Shown: positions 1 to 14,446, numbered from the whole stretch's first letter. The stretch is DNA of 61,969 nucleotides, filler included, from Choristocarpus tenellus KU-1152 (GCA_964200185.2; 11 parts of 11 records of this genome joined end to end with filler, not necessarily neighbours in it), one strand, 5' to 3'. The notes: a model not told the origin generated them from the letters alone. Translations and numbers: made by a program.

Positions 1-163
1 GGGGGGGGGGGGGGGGGGGGGGGGGGGTCTACACCAGAGTGTCCATTTGGACCAAAACCAGGAAAAGTGCACTTTAATTATCCATCCAATGTATGGAACC
101 AAATCACCCAAAAATCATGATATGAAAACATTGGTCAACAAATGGACAGCCGCCATCCCCCCT
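1..163 (+). mobile_element. MITE family A, partial copy
   Basis: Poly-G then tctacaccagagtgtccatttggaccaaaacc...aaatggacagccgcc, homologous to the copy at 27027-27202. Confidence 0.8.
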
Positions 164-727
164 AGTTCATTTTACCCTGCAACTCGGTCAGGGTGTGTCC
201 ACATTCCCTCACCTAATCTCATATTTCCTTTCATTGAAACTTGATCATTATCCCACTAAGTAGTCCTGTTACAGGTGCACAACATCAAGAAAAATCTCTC
301 CTCTCCCGATCCTTGTTTTGCTCTGAGTAGAGCAATTCAGTCCTACATGCCCCATTTTCCCAAAATTACTTCAGGGCATTGCTTCACATATTTTCACAGG
401 GTGCTCTAGATAGCTATGACTTACACACTTTAATCAAGAAGGGGGTAGAGGCGATCACCTGATAATTACATCTAAAATTTGTCGACCTCTTTCTTCGAAA
501 ATATGGCACACAAATTTCAGGATGGGAAATCATCGAAGAAGTCAGAGCATGACAAGTCATGAAGTGAGAGAAGTTGCTAAAAGGACTTACCAATCACCCT
601 CCTCATGAAAAAAAAAAAATGAAAACCTAGGAAAGGCATTTTTTTGTTTGGAGTGGGCCGGTAAATTTTCAGGGTAAACCTCAGCCAGTTGTAATGACCT
701 AGGTCAACAACTCTTGAGTAGTCCGCC

Positions 728-3093
728 CTACATGGGACTATTTCTTCCAGAATTGGATATCCTGTCACTGTTCATAGGCACTCCACCATACGGAGAAGAC
801 AAGAGGTGGGATCCTGTTGGGTCACTTGTTCCATGAGACAAAGAGGAACCAGTGACATTGCCTACTGCTGGGGCGACTGGATAATAGGAAGAGGGGCTGT
901 TGCCTTGTACGGGGAGAGACATCATACCTGCCTGGTATGGAGACATTAAGCCTCCTCCACTACTGTACACCGGCGGAGGTTGCTGCAGGGGTGTGGTCAT
1001 TCCAGGATTGCCTGGTGTACAAGGATCCACAGGTACACCCTGGAGAGGTTGTTGAGGATATGCGACTGGTAGCTGTCCAGATGTGAAGGGCATCATACTG
1101 GGCTGGACTGTAGAACACGTGCTTGCCCCACTGCCATATACAGACGGAGCTTGTTGCTGTGGTTGATTCATTCCAACAGCTCCTGGTGCGCTAGATACGA
1201 TAGGTAGGCCCTGCGAAGGGTGTTGAGGGTATGGGGCCGGTAGATGACCAGGTACCTCATACTGCTGGTTGCATGCACCTGGTGCAGTACTATATTCACC
1301 AGGTTGCATGCTGTACGTCCCAGGTTGTTGGCCATTCACCACAGGTTGCTGGTCGTATATTACAGGCTGCTGGCCGTACATTACAGGCTGCTGGCCGTAC
1401 ACCATATGCTGCTGATCGTGGACCATAGGTTGCTGACCGTGGACCATAGGTTGCTGACCATAAATCACAGCTTGCTGACCGTATGCCGCTGGCTGGTAGA
1501 ATGATGTCCCAGGCTGTTGGTCCTGCATTCCATTACTGATGCTTCCGAACATTTGACTACCGGGGGTTGGTACACCATTTCCCATAATTGGAGTCAGTTG
1601 AGGAGTTCCTGAAGGCCCTGCTGCTCCATTTGCCTGAGACTGTTGACCTGGCATTCCACCATTGGAGTACCCTTGCGCTGATGGGGGTCCAAACTTCGAC
1701 AGATCTGGTGTCAATTCTGGCTCTGGTTCATCAAGTGGTCCTGTTGCTTTGGGTACAGCAACCTGTTTTCAAACCAAACCGGTGCAAAATGCAACCCCAT
1801 GAAAAAAAGGGGTCAAAAAAAGTTTGTACAATCACAATAAGCTCCTGCTTCCTGAGGCACATTAAACCAAGTATTTTGGAGTACAAGATAATATGGGAAA
1901 GTTTGCACATGAAATGGAGCTTTCTAGTTGCCAAAGGAATTAGTGCGAATGCAAAGTTATCACGCAAAAACTATTTATTATGGCATTTAGCCATACCTCA
2001 ACTGTTCGTCCATTTTTCGGCTACTATTGACCACATTGTGTCAGTCTAATGGAACCAACAACTTCGACACAGATATTGACACAGTGCAAAATAGACCACA
2101 CCTCTTCGGGCTTGACCTCATCAGGGGGTTTCGGAATCGCATGATGGACTTGTTCTACCCTCTGTACCCAGCGCTTGAGGCATCTGAGTTGAAATCGTAA
2201 GAGTCCAAGCGTTTTACGTTGAGAACGTTTGAGCAGACTGACGAGAAGGTCAAAATCATGAAGGAATCTAGGAAAGCAGGGCTCCGTAATTTATGTAGCA
2301 CATGCACAATCCCGGAATATTAGTGCCAGCAACAACACTGATCAGAATCTGAGAGAGAGGAGTGTCATGAGTTGGAGAAGGAATCCTCACAGATCACATA
2401 TCATTTGGGTTAGGTTAACTTCCCTTGAGGACACAGTACACAAGATTGCTATCTAGTATATTGATAATGAGTACCATGGCAGTAGAGAGAGGCATATATT
2501 TCAGTGTAGAGGGGTCGAAACCTCACCAGAGTCGGTAGTTAGTCAATGAAATAGTCGATGAAACTGACCTTTTCATCACAGTTTACATCCCTTCAGTTGG
2601 TGGCCAATACAATAGTAGAGATACATGTCAGTTGATAGGAATGTAGTGACTACCACTTAACCACTAATCAAGCAACAGGAGTAAACCACCCATGTGAATT
2701 AAGTGCAGGTAGGAACCTTGGTGGAAGTGCCTTCCTTCCAACTCTCCAAATACGGTCAATTGCATAGTGGATGACATAGACATGGTGAGATCACAACTGT
2801 CATGAGTTTGGAGGATTGTTCAAATCATCGAAGGGGCACTTTAAAGAAGAAAAAATACTTATGTTTGCACTTACAAGGCGACTATGAACATCACTCCTAT
2901 CGCTGGAGCAAAGCCTTCTTCCAGCGCGGGAGTTCCTCCAATGTAGGCAGCCATAACGCCAGCTGCACTCAGCATGAAGGGAAGTGCCAAAAAGGCTAGT
3001 TTAAACCTTCTCCACAATCCCATGGCTAGCAGTGGGGCCATGGAAAGGAGAACTACGTAAGAAACTACCTGGGCATCCACGAAGGAGCATACC
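728..3093 (-). CDS. Partial multi-exon gene: hydrophobic exon (~3093-2876), candidate exon (~2267-2102) and Q/P/G/Y-rich exon (~1740-728). Product unknown.
   Basis: 328-aa open frame preceded by a CAG acceptor at 1741-1743. The hydrophobic exon ends at GTAAGT. The phase of the last junction is not resolved, so the exons may not belong to one gene. Confidence 0.5.
1300..1490 (-). repeat. 21-bp tandem repeat encoding (Y/H/N)(G/D)QQP(V/M)x heptads
   Basis: Translation YGQQAVI-YGQQPMV-HGQQPMV-HDQQHMV-YGQQPVM-YGQQPVI-YDQQPVV-NGQQPGT. Confidence 0.9.
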
Positions 3094-3370
3094 TGGATGG
3101 GAAAAGGAGAGAAAAGCATTGCTTTGACCCATAACAAAAATGAGAGGTATAGGGAAACGCAACCAACAAAACTACGGAAATGAAACTGTAGAACAAAGAG
3201 AACTCTTGTATCTCCCCAATAGCCCATAGGACGCATCTACCTATCTGCAATCTCCTGTGACCACCACCCCNNNNNNNNNNNNNNNNNNNNNNNNNNNNNN
3301 NNNNNNNNNNNNNNTTAATTAATTAANNNNNNNNNNNNNNNNNNNNNNNNNNNNNNNNNNNNNNNNNNNN

Positions 3371-3590
3371 TTCACACTACCATTAACTTACACATGCCAG
3401 AGTGGGAAAGAGCACGAGCGTTTGGTTACAGAGTGGTGCAGACTGTAGATAATTTTATCAGGCTCATTCCTGTCAATGAGGAAGGCTAACCAAAGTTATT
3501 AGATTGCGATTGGCTAGCCATGTGTGTATTCAACCTCGGAGCCCAACTCTCAATTGTGCTGGTCATTTGATCATTGCCAAACCAACCAAA
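3371..3590 (+). repeat. Inverted copy of the gypsy gag-region segment at ~8358-8577
   Basis: Near-perfect reverse complement (ttcacactaccattaac... versus ...gttaatggtagtgtgaa). Confidence 0.95.
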
Positions 3591-6500
3591 ACATTTGGTG
3601 TGAGGAAGGGTTCAATCAGTCGTGGGGGGTGTTCAGGAGGATGGCCCTCTTTGTGTGGTATAAGTTGTGTTATATGCACAGTGATTTCTCGATGGTCAGC
3701 CTGTCCCTTCACACGATAGACTACCGGAGTTATCCTCTCTTTTACTTCATATGATCCTCTCCACGGGGACAGTAACTTAGGGTTAGGAGGGTCCGCCAAA
3801 GTGTGAGGTTTGTGTAGCCACACCTTAGCACCAACTTCATAAATAGGAATGGTGTGATCAGTGGCCTTGGACTCGTTGCGCAAAGCCATCTCACCATTGT
3901 TCTGTCTAGCCAGTTCATATGCCAGTTGTAAATGATCCACTGTTTGCTTTCTGTACTCCTGGGTAGAAATAGGCATGGCCTCTGGTTCTCCCAAACTGAT
4001 TGGTAATGTGGGATGCCTCCCAAACATTAAATAAAATCGTGTTTCTTGTACAGTGGTATTGTAAGCGGTATTGTGAGCCAGCTGCACAAAAGGCAATAAT
4101 GACGCCCAATCCGATTGCTTCATATTGGAATACATAGCTAGCATGCCATGCATTGTCTTATGGATTCTTTCAAGAATGCTAGTCTTGAGGTCGATACAGT
4201 GTTGTTTTTGTTTTCTTGCATCCATAGATCTTTTGAAGTTCTAGGATCAGACTATTTTTTTTTACTTTTTTCAAACTCCTTACCCTGGTCTGAGTGTGAG
4301 GTTTCTGAGACACCAAAAATAGAAAGCAATTGTGGTGATAATGCTTTTGCTACAGTTGCCTCTCGTTTGTCAGGAATAGCACTGAGCAAAGCAAACCTCG
4401 TTAAATGGTTGACAGCAGATAAGACATTAGTATTTTTCTCTGATGGAGTTTTGTATTTACCAAATCAATAGCCACTCTCTGAAATGGGCATGTTACTGGC
4501 ACATGCCCTGGAGGGTTTGATGATTTAGAAGGGGCCATCTTGCGGCTTTGGCATGATTGACATGTTTCACATCAAGCTCGAACATCTAATGTAACGTGGG
4601 CCACCAAAAGCGGTCACGAATTCGATCAAAAGTGTGCTTGAATGCAAGGTGTCCTGAGACTTTGTGGCTATGGCCATGAAGGGCATGAAGTATTAAACCT
4701 TGTATCTCAGTGGGTCCCAATAATTGATCTCGGAATTTATCGTTCTTTTGAAGGTGACCGGGTTGATTCGATTTGTATAACATCTGTTTGGCTTCCATTT
4801 CTTGTGTGAAAAAGTAAGACATGGTATACATTGTTTTATTCTTTGGTAAGAGGGCTTTTTCTGGATTAGCCAAATATTTGAAATAGTCTCCATATTGAGC
4901 TTGTTGAGCTTTGAATAGTACTTCAGGATCCACTGTTGGGAAAACATTAACGGCGCCAGTGAATAGTTCCGTATCATTTGGTACTCTGGCAATTTCACCT
5001 AGTTTTTCCACTGATACATCATATGCAGGGTAAACCTTGGGTATGGAGACATCCGACCCTGTTTGGCCTATATTACAGCACAGTGGGGCTAATGGAAGTG
5101 GTGTTTCATCCAACATAAATTCCTTCAACCGTATCCAGGATACAATATCTGGAATGTAGTGTTAACGTCCTGGCTTATGTAAAACTGTGAAGTCAAAATG
5201 TAAGGCTAAGGCCCACCTGGTCAACATATTGGAAGTATCTTGTGTTGTATGTATCCAACGTAATGCCAAATGATCACTTACTTACACATGCAAAGTGCTT
5301 TCCCCAAATATATGGGCGCCAATGTGTGATGGCAAGAATGATGGCCAGACGTTCTTTCTGAGTTGCTGAATGTCGTCTTTGGGTTGGCTTAAAAAGAGCC
5401 CTATGGTAGGCTACAATTGGAAACTATCGTCCTCATTTTTATGTGCCAAGGAAGCGCCCATGCCAACACCGCTAGCGTCCACGCGAATAAAGAATTATTT
5501 TGAGTAAAATCTGGAAAGCTTAACACTGGCGCCATAGTTAATAGACGTTTGCACTCATTAAAATAATTTTGCAGTGCTCATCCCCATATTTGTCTTTTCC
5601 AGCCTTTTTCGTACTTTTCCTTGTAAGTGACACCAGGGGCTCAGTTATTGTAGCCAAATGGGGAATATATTTCCTAACAAAGTTCACGGAACCTAGAAAG
5701 GATTGTAATTCCTTCACAGATTTAGAGGCTTTCAGAGCGGTAATAGCCTGGATTCGATCTGGTGACACAGCAATACCACTACGGCTGACTTCATGTCCCA
5801 AATAATGATTTGTTTTGAGCCAAATTGGGCTTTAGAGGGTTTGATGGTGACTCCTACTTGCTGCAGTAACGACAATACGCTCTCAAGAAGTTGGATATGA
5901 TGGTTCCATGTTGGGGAGGCTAGTACAATATCGTCAATTAATCAGTAAGCCCATACTCAGTCCTAGCGTTGAAAACATTTTAGACATGAAGCATTGATAT
6001 GTCCATGGTGCATTAGCAACACCAAAGGGTAGCCTTTTCAATTCGTATTTTCCATCCGGTGTGACAAAGGCAGTTCGTTAGCGTCGGTGATGGGTAGTTG
6101 CAAGTAGGCTGACTGAACATCAAAAACATGACAGGTACTTGCTCCCCCTAGTGTACCCAAAAAATCTTTCATAAATGGTAACGGCCAGAAATTTCATACC
6201 ATTTTTTTGTTCAATCAGAGCCTCAAGTCTACACAGTATCGAGGAGACCCATCAGGCTTTGTCACCATGGTTACTGGTGACACCTAAGGACTTTAGGAGG
6301 GTTGAATTATTCCCTGATTTTCCATGTTCTCCACACAACTACGTATTGTCTCACGTATTTTGGGTGTGGTCCGATATGGTGGACGGTTCACAGGGACTGT
6401 ACCTGGTCGAAGTGGAAATTTAAAACTGGTATTATTGCAAAAGCCTAGTTCCTTAGAAGTGAGTGAAAATAAAGGTCTATATTTGGCAACAAGGTCAAAT

Positions 6501-9500
6501 AGTTCTTGTTCCTTATCAGATAATACTGTATCTACCAGGGCTTTTTTGCCGAAAACTTCTTTGAACTCATCAGGGGCTTGTTTAAGCTCCTCTGGAGTGT
6601 TTGGAGTAGCCGCTATGGTACTGGTCTGTGCTTCAGAAAGGGTATGAATTTGATCCACTGGTGATATATGACCAAAAAATTGAGGAGATATCTTTACACC
6701 ATGGTTAGAAGGGTTGGCAATTTCGACTAGGCAAGATCCATCCTCTTCCCAAACAGTTAAAGACCGACTGACTATGATATCTTTCCATGGAGAGTGGTGC
6801 TGTTCCTGGTTGATGAAGTATATGCTCGTCTTGACAATGGGGTCCACTACAGCATCTTTGGCTGATCCAGGTAAGGCCTGAGAACACAATGAAACAACAG
6901 TTTCAGTTCCCGGGGGTAAATATGACTGATGTCTTAAATGTACAGGTATGGCGAACTCAGTTGAAACTGAAGCCACTGTCATGTTTGTTGCAAAGGTTTC
7001 AGCAGTATTCTGACTGATGGTTGAAGGATTAACACCTAGGGAGGGTAGAATAACTGCATGAACATGAAGTGTTATACTTCCCAAGGTTAATTGAAATTGA
7101 ATAAAGCCATACACTTGCAAATGTCTTCCCCCAGCTCCTCTTAAATGGAAAGCACCATCTGGTACAGGACTTATGTGAGCAGAACAAAGGGTGAGCTGAG
7201 CTCGCATTTAACGATAGCTAATGACCGGAATGTCAGTTGCGGAATCAACTGTGATGTGTGAAACTGAATAATCAATTTTGCCAGGAATTGATACTCGACG
7301 AGATGAAACCTGCAAGGTACAAGTGGGTTGAGAGTAGTGTTGAATTGCACATGTATGTTAACACACTGACTTCGTGCAACACACACGCGATGCTACGAAG
7401 TCTTTCACCTACTGTTCCAATAAATTTGGAAGAATGCTTCACTGCTGCGGATGTTACTGCATTAACAAAATGAGTCTGAGGCAGTGGATTGTAATTTGGT
7501 CATTTTAAGTGATTATCCTTTCTAGGTTTTTTCAATCCAGGGTTGGAGCCCAAAGAATTGTTAAAATGATATGATTGAGAAAGTGTTCTTTGAAATATAT
7601 CATCGAGTGGCTGATTTGGTGAACAACTTGGTTGTCCACTCCTGGGTCGGATCCCAAAGAAAAAATGTACGGATCTGGTGTAGGCAGGTGTTGCCCATGT
7701 CTTGCTTTATTTAGCCTATCTGAGAGACAACTTGTCGCAACATTGTTCACTACTGGTAAGGAACTTCTGCTGGGCACCCCTATACACGCTTGTTGACTTT
7801 CCCATCTCCCTCTGAAGTACCCTAACTAGTCTGATCTTGGGAAGTCGATTCCTCCATCGAACCTTGTGCTGACAACGAAGCAGTAAGGGCTGCAACAAAT
7901 TGTTGCATCTTTTCATTGGGGGCCTTGGGGTTGGGGCTATCAAATGTGCGAGGACGATAAACAGGTTTGTAATTCTCACCATTCAGGTTGAAAAAACAAG
8001 GCTCTTTACTGTGACCCCTTCTAGATCTAGCACCACATCCTGGAAATTCACAAAAATGTGTTTTGAATCAGCGCGCATGCGCTTTTTCTCAGGTTTCCCT
8101 TATGGGAGTGCTTGGTCGCGAGCAGGAGTAGTGTTGTATTGCTTCTTCGTCCGCCATATCTGTAATTCCGCTTGCTTTTCTTTAGCCAACTTTTGTAGCG
8201 GCTAAAAGTCAGTAAAGTGCAGTTCGGTCATAGGTAAAGCAAATAGACTTTCTGCACTTAGAGCTGACACCGTGACGTTGGGATATGAAAGTTCACTAAA
8301 CTCACCCTACCTGGATGCATCCACTAACGTAACTGCATCTACAAGTTCAACAAATTTTCTGGTTGGTTTGGCAATGATCAAATGACCAGCACAATTGAGA
8401 GTTGGGCTCCGAGGTTGAATACACACATGGCTAGCCAATCGCAATCTAATAAATTTGGTTAGCCTTCCTCATTGACAGGAATGAGCCTGATAAAATTATC
8501 TACAGTCTGCACCACTCTGTAACCAAACGCTCGTGCTCTTTCCCACTCTGGCATGTGTAAGTTAATGGTAGTGTGAAAATAGTCGTCCAAGGGGAACTGA
8601 GATGCAAATTGGTGGCTGAACTCTTCTACCAACTGTTTCCAGAATGCCAAACGGGTGGTAGCAAAAACACTTCGGGCGTGGCGCTGTGACAATAAATATC
8701 CCGACGGATGCATGTGTATCAAATTCTGTAAGCTCAAGTTGTCTAGGGTTTGTTCGTAGATGTCGTGTTCTCGAGCTGGCACCGCTTCTTTTTTACCATT
8801 GCCAAGGAACAATCCGAGATCAATATTCGGAAAAAACTGAGATTATAAGTCAGGAACTGCGACACACTGTCTACCATCTTTGTCTGATAATATTATCGAG
8901 GTTAAATCCTTAGCCGATAGGGTGTTAAGGATGTACAGTCGATTGGTTGGCTGCGTTGTGCCCGTACTTACCTGGTTTGTATTCGTCTTCAGTGTTGCTG
9001 ATGCTTGAAGCACTGAAACCACCAAAGCATGGTCCTGAATTTTCCCCGCCTTGAAGTCCATCATGATTCTCTCCACATAATCATCGCACAGATTTGTCAG
9101 TAGAGGTTGGTCTTCGGGCTTACGGCTTTCTTCCTGTACCACAAACTGATTTGTGGATGGGCTGACTGTACTGCGGGGGGGGCGGTCCCTGGGTTGTTCC
9201 CCCGCCATTCCGTCTTGCTCAAGCGAGCCTACTGGGACGCCATCAGCCGAATCGGTTGATGGAACATTGGTATTGGGCCCAGGTGTCTTCCTTGGACCAG
9301 GTGCTGTCTCAGGTGGGTCAGTGGTTTTGGTTTTACCCTTGTCTGGTTTATCACGGTTCTTCTTTTCCTTGGTTACTTCTCGATATGGTGGATCTATCCC
9401 CTTTTGACTGTCGGCGTGGGTACAACTGTGTGAGGCAGGGTCCAATTAGTTGTGGGGGGTGTTCAGAATCACCAGTTGTGTCATGGTGGGGTGCTTCCAG

Positions 9501-10436
9501 CAAAAACCCAAAGCTCTCTCAGTCATCAAATCTTAGAAGTTTTAAGAGAATCCCAGATCCACCAGATGACATCACATCTTGGTGATCGTCACTGGAAGGA
9601 AGTCTGAGAATTCTCAAGAGCTCCCTGTGTTTAAAGTTGGTGGGAACGTCACCAATGACAAAAAAAGACATTGACTCTCTGAATTCTTTATTTCTGGGCA
9701 GAGTAATACCTGAACCAGATATAGAACAAGGTTCGAGTGTTCAACCAACTTTAGGGTCATACTTTGTTGAGGGCATTGCAGACCATAATCCTGGAGTGGG
9801 TCGTAAATCCCCACATAACTGTTCATACCAGCTTAGATTTAGAGGTTTTGCTCCAGCTAGTGATATCTGGCAGAAAGCAAAGAAGATTCCTTAGTGTGCA
9901 GAGATGATTTAAGCATATAGATTACGACACAATCTGGAAGTTCTCCTCATCAAAGTGTATTGACGCTAAAGTCTTCAAAAGCTCCCTGTGACCAAGGTAT
10001 ACTGATGCCAGAGTCTTTTCAATCTTCTTCACCACCCTCCGCCTCAATAGACGAAGAACCATCACACTCTTCATAAACACACTCAATCAATTGTCGTCAT
10101 TGTTGTTGAGAATATTCAACATGCTCTTGCTTCGAACTCTCAAGGTGATGTCCCTGCGGCTACATCTACTACTCACAAATTCCACTAAATGAGGTAGAGA
10201 TGAAGGTTTGAATCCTTTTTCGAGGTGAACTCGTGGGCTATTTACCCGCTAAGTTGTTGACGTTTTTCCTTAACCAGTGCACACATATTTTTTAACCACA
10301 CTCAAATAGATATTTTGATGGGTCCATACACATATGGGGTGGTCAGGGCTTTATCCCTGTTTTGTCAAGTTTCGAATGGAAGAAGATCCCCATGCACCTC
10401 TTTTTGCATCTCCAAACTTGTTTTCACCATACCCGC
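3590..10436 (-). mobile_element. Decayed Ty3/gypsy LTR retrotransposon (gag-PR-RT-RNase H-integrase). LTRs not visible.
   Basis: Degenerate protease site VDSAT near 7250. RT segments PVNRPPYR and LQSFLGSVNFVRKYIP. Integrase zinc finger GHLAFKHTFDRIRDRFWWP, core WASLLPFVQLAHNT and GPY/F-like SPWRGSYEV. Domain order is gypsy type. Many stops and frameshifts. Confidence 0.93.
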
Positions 10437-10536
10437 NNNNNNNNNNNNNNNNNNNNNNNNNNNNNNNNNNNNNNNNNNNNTTAATTAATTAANNNNNNNN
10501 NNNNNNNNNNNNNNNNNNNNNNNNNNNNNNNNNNNN

Positions 10537-10632
10537 AGTGGAACATCATCTAGCTGTGACTTCGATTGCAGTGGTAATACCTCTGAAACATGTGGTGGAT
10601 TTGATGCCATGAGCGTCTATCAGTTTACCTAA
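10537..10632 (+). CDS. 3' end of a WSC carbohydrate-binding domain protein
   Basis: Manual translation SGTSSSCDFDCSGNTSETCGGFDAMSVYQFT* matches the WSC C-terminal C-x3-C-x-G-x5-CGG-x5-VY pattern. Confidence 0.85.
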   Translation, partial: SGTSSSCDFDCSGNTSETCGGFDAMSVYQFT

Positions 10633-12967
10633 GTGGGTTTAACCTTGTCCCAAACAGGAACGGTGATCCACTTGTTGAGCATTGTTGTTTTGAATCCTGG
10701 TGAGCTACGATGTGGGGGATTGAAGTCTAGAGTTCTCTGTAGAGTAGTTGCATAGAAACTCCAAGGTCACAATTCGGCAAATTTGGTACTTTCAAAGAAA
10801 GACTGCAAGTGGTAGTATTTGTTGTGTGCTTGTTGCAAAGAATGGCTATTCCTTGCGTGGTAGTGAAATTTATTTGTTTGTAGTAATTGAAGTTGTACAT
10901 GTGGTTTTTCCATTGGCTCGAACTGCAGCCATGTGTATCAGGATGTATCAGTAAGAATATCTAGCAACATGTATGATTGGTATTTTGTTGAGGGGATTAC
11001 TGTCAAGAGTGCTTGTTAGGTTGTCCACACTTCCTGCTACTATTGAGAAGCGTAGATTATTCCACCTAATTCGAGGGGGACTCTCAGTATGTTTTTGAAG
11101 CAGTGTATTAGGTGCACAAGTACCTAGTAGTAGGATATATATATATATTTTTGTAATAATAGTGGTTGCAAGATAGTAATTATGCGAGTGTGTTGGAATA
11201 TCAGTTCTTGAATGATTTCATAGTCGGTAGTGATTTTGGGCACTTGTGGTTGGTTCAAGAAGGGGGGGAAGTAGAGTTGAGTATTTCTGGGAGAGCAGTT
11301 ATGTGTGACACAGTATATTAATTAGTAAGGGAGAGAATCAGAATTTGAAATTCGTCCGGTGCTATTTTTATAAATCCTACAAAATCCCTACACCAATCAG
11401 AAGCACTATTCATGTCTAGATGCATGTTGCGAATGTTTTTTTAGTCCTTTAGTTGGGACTTCAAACGCCAGATATAATTAATGAAGCCAAGATATCTCAA
11501 GGCAGTACAAAAATGCTGTGTTCCTCTCACTGGAAGGAGCATATTTATGTAGCACTGTGATGATCACTACTTTCAATCTAACTAAAACGCTTTTGTGACC
11601 TGGAATCCGTACTCCACACGTCGTTTTGAATGTGAACAAAGTGTTCATACAGCCACCCAACTCTATAACCCAATGTTAAAAACTATTTCCTTTGACAGCT
11701 GCGGTATTTGGTATGGAGGTTTCACTTGCAGTACATGAAAAAACTCCTTCCAATCATCTGTAGTGGGAGAAGCTTCTGATCACGAGGTTTCGACCCAGAA
11801 TATGAAAACGAAATCACAACATAGACTAATATTCTCTGGCACTGGTATCAGGGGTTTAGGTGGTCAAAGCACACATTCTTAAATATGGTGAAGCAGGGGA
11901 GTGACTGGCTCTCCTTCGCGTTCATGCATAAGGCATATACTCAAATGAAGCCCCTGCAAACTCTCAAGTAGAAAGGGAGTTAGTTGGGAGTGTCCCGTAT
12001 TCGTCTCCAGATTGTTGAAAAAATGTGAAATAGACCCGTGGGCGTCCAATTGTAATCTTAGTCTGCGAGTGTCTGGCGCATTTCCATCCCCTCCCTGAGC
12101 AGTTGTGTGTGTGTCACCTGGGTATTTTTAGTAGAAGTGATGTTTTGGGTAAGGAAATTAAGTTACAGGGGACGATGGTTGAGTGAAGATTACACTGTCT
12201 AACGTAAGAACTCTCAGTATTGTAGTGGAGAGAGATGATTATAGTCATCATTCTACAGTCACTATTGTTTGAACTTTCCTCCACCCATCAACAAAATCAT
12301 TCGTGTGTATTGTGGTTCTGAGATAAACTAATTTTTAAAGATTCTCTTCGACTCTATCAGCTTGAAATATGGAAGACTACTCTTCTGCCTTTAGCTACTT
12401 GTGCGGGGCTTAACCAGGAGCCGCCCTTTCCCAAGGCAGTTACAATCATCACTATGATGAATATAGTTATCTGGTGTATGGTGATGTTGGAGGGACAGTT
12501 ATTTCCATGTGGTTGACAGCACAAGATAGTAGGCAAATAAATAAAGAAAAGTTCGAGGCATAGAGGGTAGGAGTATGTAAATAGGCTTAGACGGTCACTC
12601 CAACTCAGATTTTGCAATTTGTACAGTATTTTCTGCCTTAAACTTTTTCTAATTGTAAAGTTAGGGTTGGGATCATTTACATGAATGAGGTATCTTATAA
12701 ACCTTGGTACATGTGTGTCCAGTAAATGCAGAGAAAATAAAATAATATTGATATGAATGGTTGGATTGTTGTGTATGCCTACACACGAGAATTAGCAGAC
12801 TTACATTCTCAGACCAATCGAAAATATTGTTGAAACGACGAAATTGATACGAGGGATAAACAATTAGTAAGTGGACCTACTTAAAAAGGAAAGACAGTAG
12901 TTGACATAATTCAATGACATCTTTCAAGTACTGACACCTCGAATTAGGTTGAGTGATTCTGAAAAGT

Positions 12968-13118
12968 GAACCAAAGTATCTGGGAGGGGGGGGGTTCTAC
13001 ACCAAGGTGTCCATTTGGACCAAAATAAGGAAAAGTGCATTTACAGTATCCATCTGACNNNNNNNNNNAAATTGACCCCAAATGGACCGCCGCCACCCCC
13101 TCCCAGATACTTTGAGTC
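12968..13118 (+). mobile_element. MITE family A
   Basis: TIRs caaagtatctgggagggg / cccctcccagatactttg, with an internal 10-N gap. Confidence 0.88.
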
Positions 13119-14446
13119 TAGTCAAATAGGGGAAAAGAGGAGGAGAGTAAGAGGATTAAGAAGAATCTCTCCATGAGAAGGAGCAAGTAAGAAATGAATG
13201 TGCGATAGTTGTTCTGGAGTAGTACTATGATATAAAAAAGAAAGATGAAGTTGATATTTAACGTAGTAATTGAGTAGTAGTAGTAGTATTTACCATGGTT
13301 CAAATTGATATATCTGATATTTTGATAAGGTTAAATTTTAGCCAAATGTATTCGGCACAACCTTGGAAATGTTCCGGAATGAATTATCACTACCAAACAT
13401 ATTTTTCCGAAATAATTCCTCTGGACCAGTGATTGCTTAGATCCAGAGCGTTCGTTTGATATGCTCATTGTTGTTTAACTCGTTGGGAAAACCTTTTGAG
13501 AAACCAAGATTGGTCACCACCTAAATGGTACATGTGTGAACCTCGGCTTAATACTGTTTAAGTTACTCCAGAGTAATTGTGGAGAGGTTCTTCAGGATGA
13601 GTATTGCATACCACCTCATATATCCCAACGAGAAAGGCATGGAGTGCGCCAAATTGGACAGGGTGTACAAGACATTTAAGTCTCACAGGAGGCCTGCACC
13701 CTCAGAATACCTCATTTGACTTTTCATGGATTGTCTGGTTCAGAGGTCTGGGCCCCCACGAGCCTTATCCAGCAGGTGACAACATCGCATCAACGAGAAA
13801 TAACGGAAAGAGAAGGAAAGACAACAACACCCATGTTCTCCAGGTGAAGATGGCCTCTTCAGGCGTCAAAATCATCCTTAAATGCGCGAACGCGTGGCAC
13901 CCCTGCGCGAATCGTGCGCGCGGACTGCTTGATTTAAGTATGGTCCTGTATTTCTCACGATTGCTCCAAGTTGACCAACCGAGACGCATCAGATAAGGTT
14001 AAACATGCTAATGCGATTACAACAAACGATTTTCTTGGAAGAAAATGTTGATCAAAAGTTATGGCATGACAAAGTTGATGTACGAGGCGACTGCCAACAC
14101 TGTAGCTATTACAACCCTCAATGGTGAGGAAAATAAATGAGAAAAATTCTTGAAAGTGCTAGGTAGGAATGATGAAAAGAAAACAAACCTCTTAACATCA
14201 TGCGATTAATAGTGTGGACAATCCTGAACCAACCCTACGAAGATGGATACCAAAACGAACAAGAGGAAGAATCCCTACCTCAACCAGCTCTCCTTAAAAC
14301 AAGAAAAGGCACTCTTGCCACTAGTTCTTGTTCAACTAGGATATTATAATTTTATTATTATACTATTGCCTTCTTCACTAGCACAGTGATTGACCTTCCT
14401 CCCTACAAATCTTGACTATTTAATGTAGATCCAACATTATGGTTGA

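Noticed and set aside
3371-8577. Inverted LTRs of a DIRS element
   Set aside because: The repeat is internal gag-region sequence, and the element has a DDE integrase rather than a tyrosine recombinase.
11000-14400. Possible decayed coding or TE sequence (for example RLKCLVHPVQ)
   Set aside because: Many stops and no diagnostic motif.
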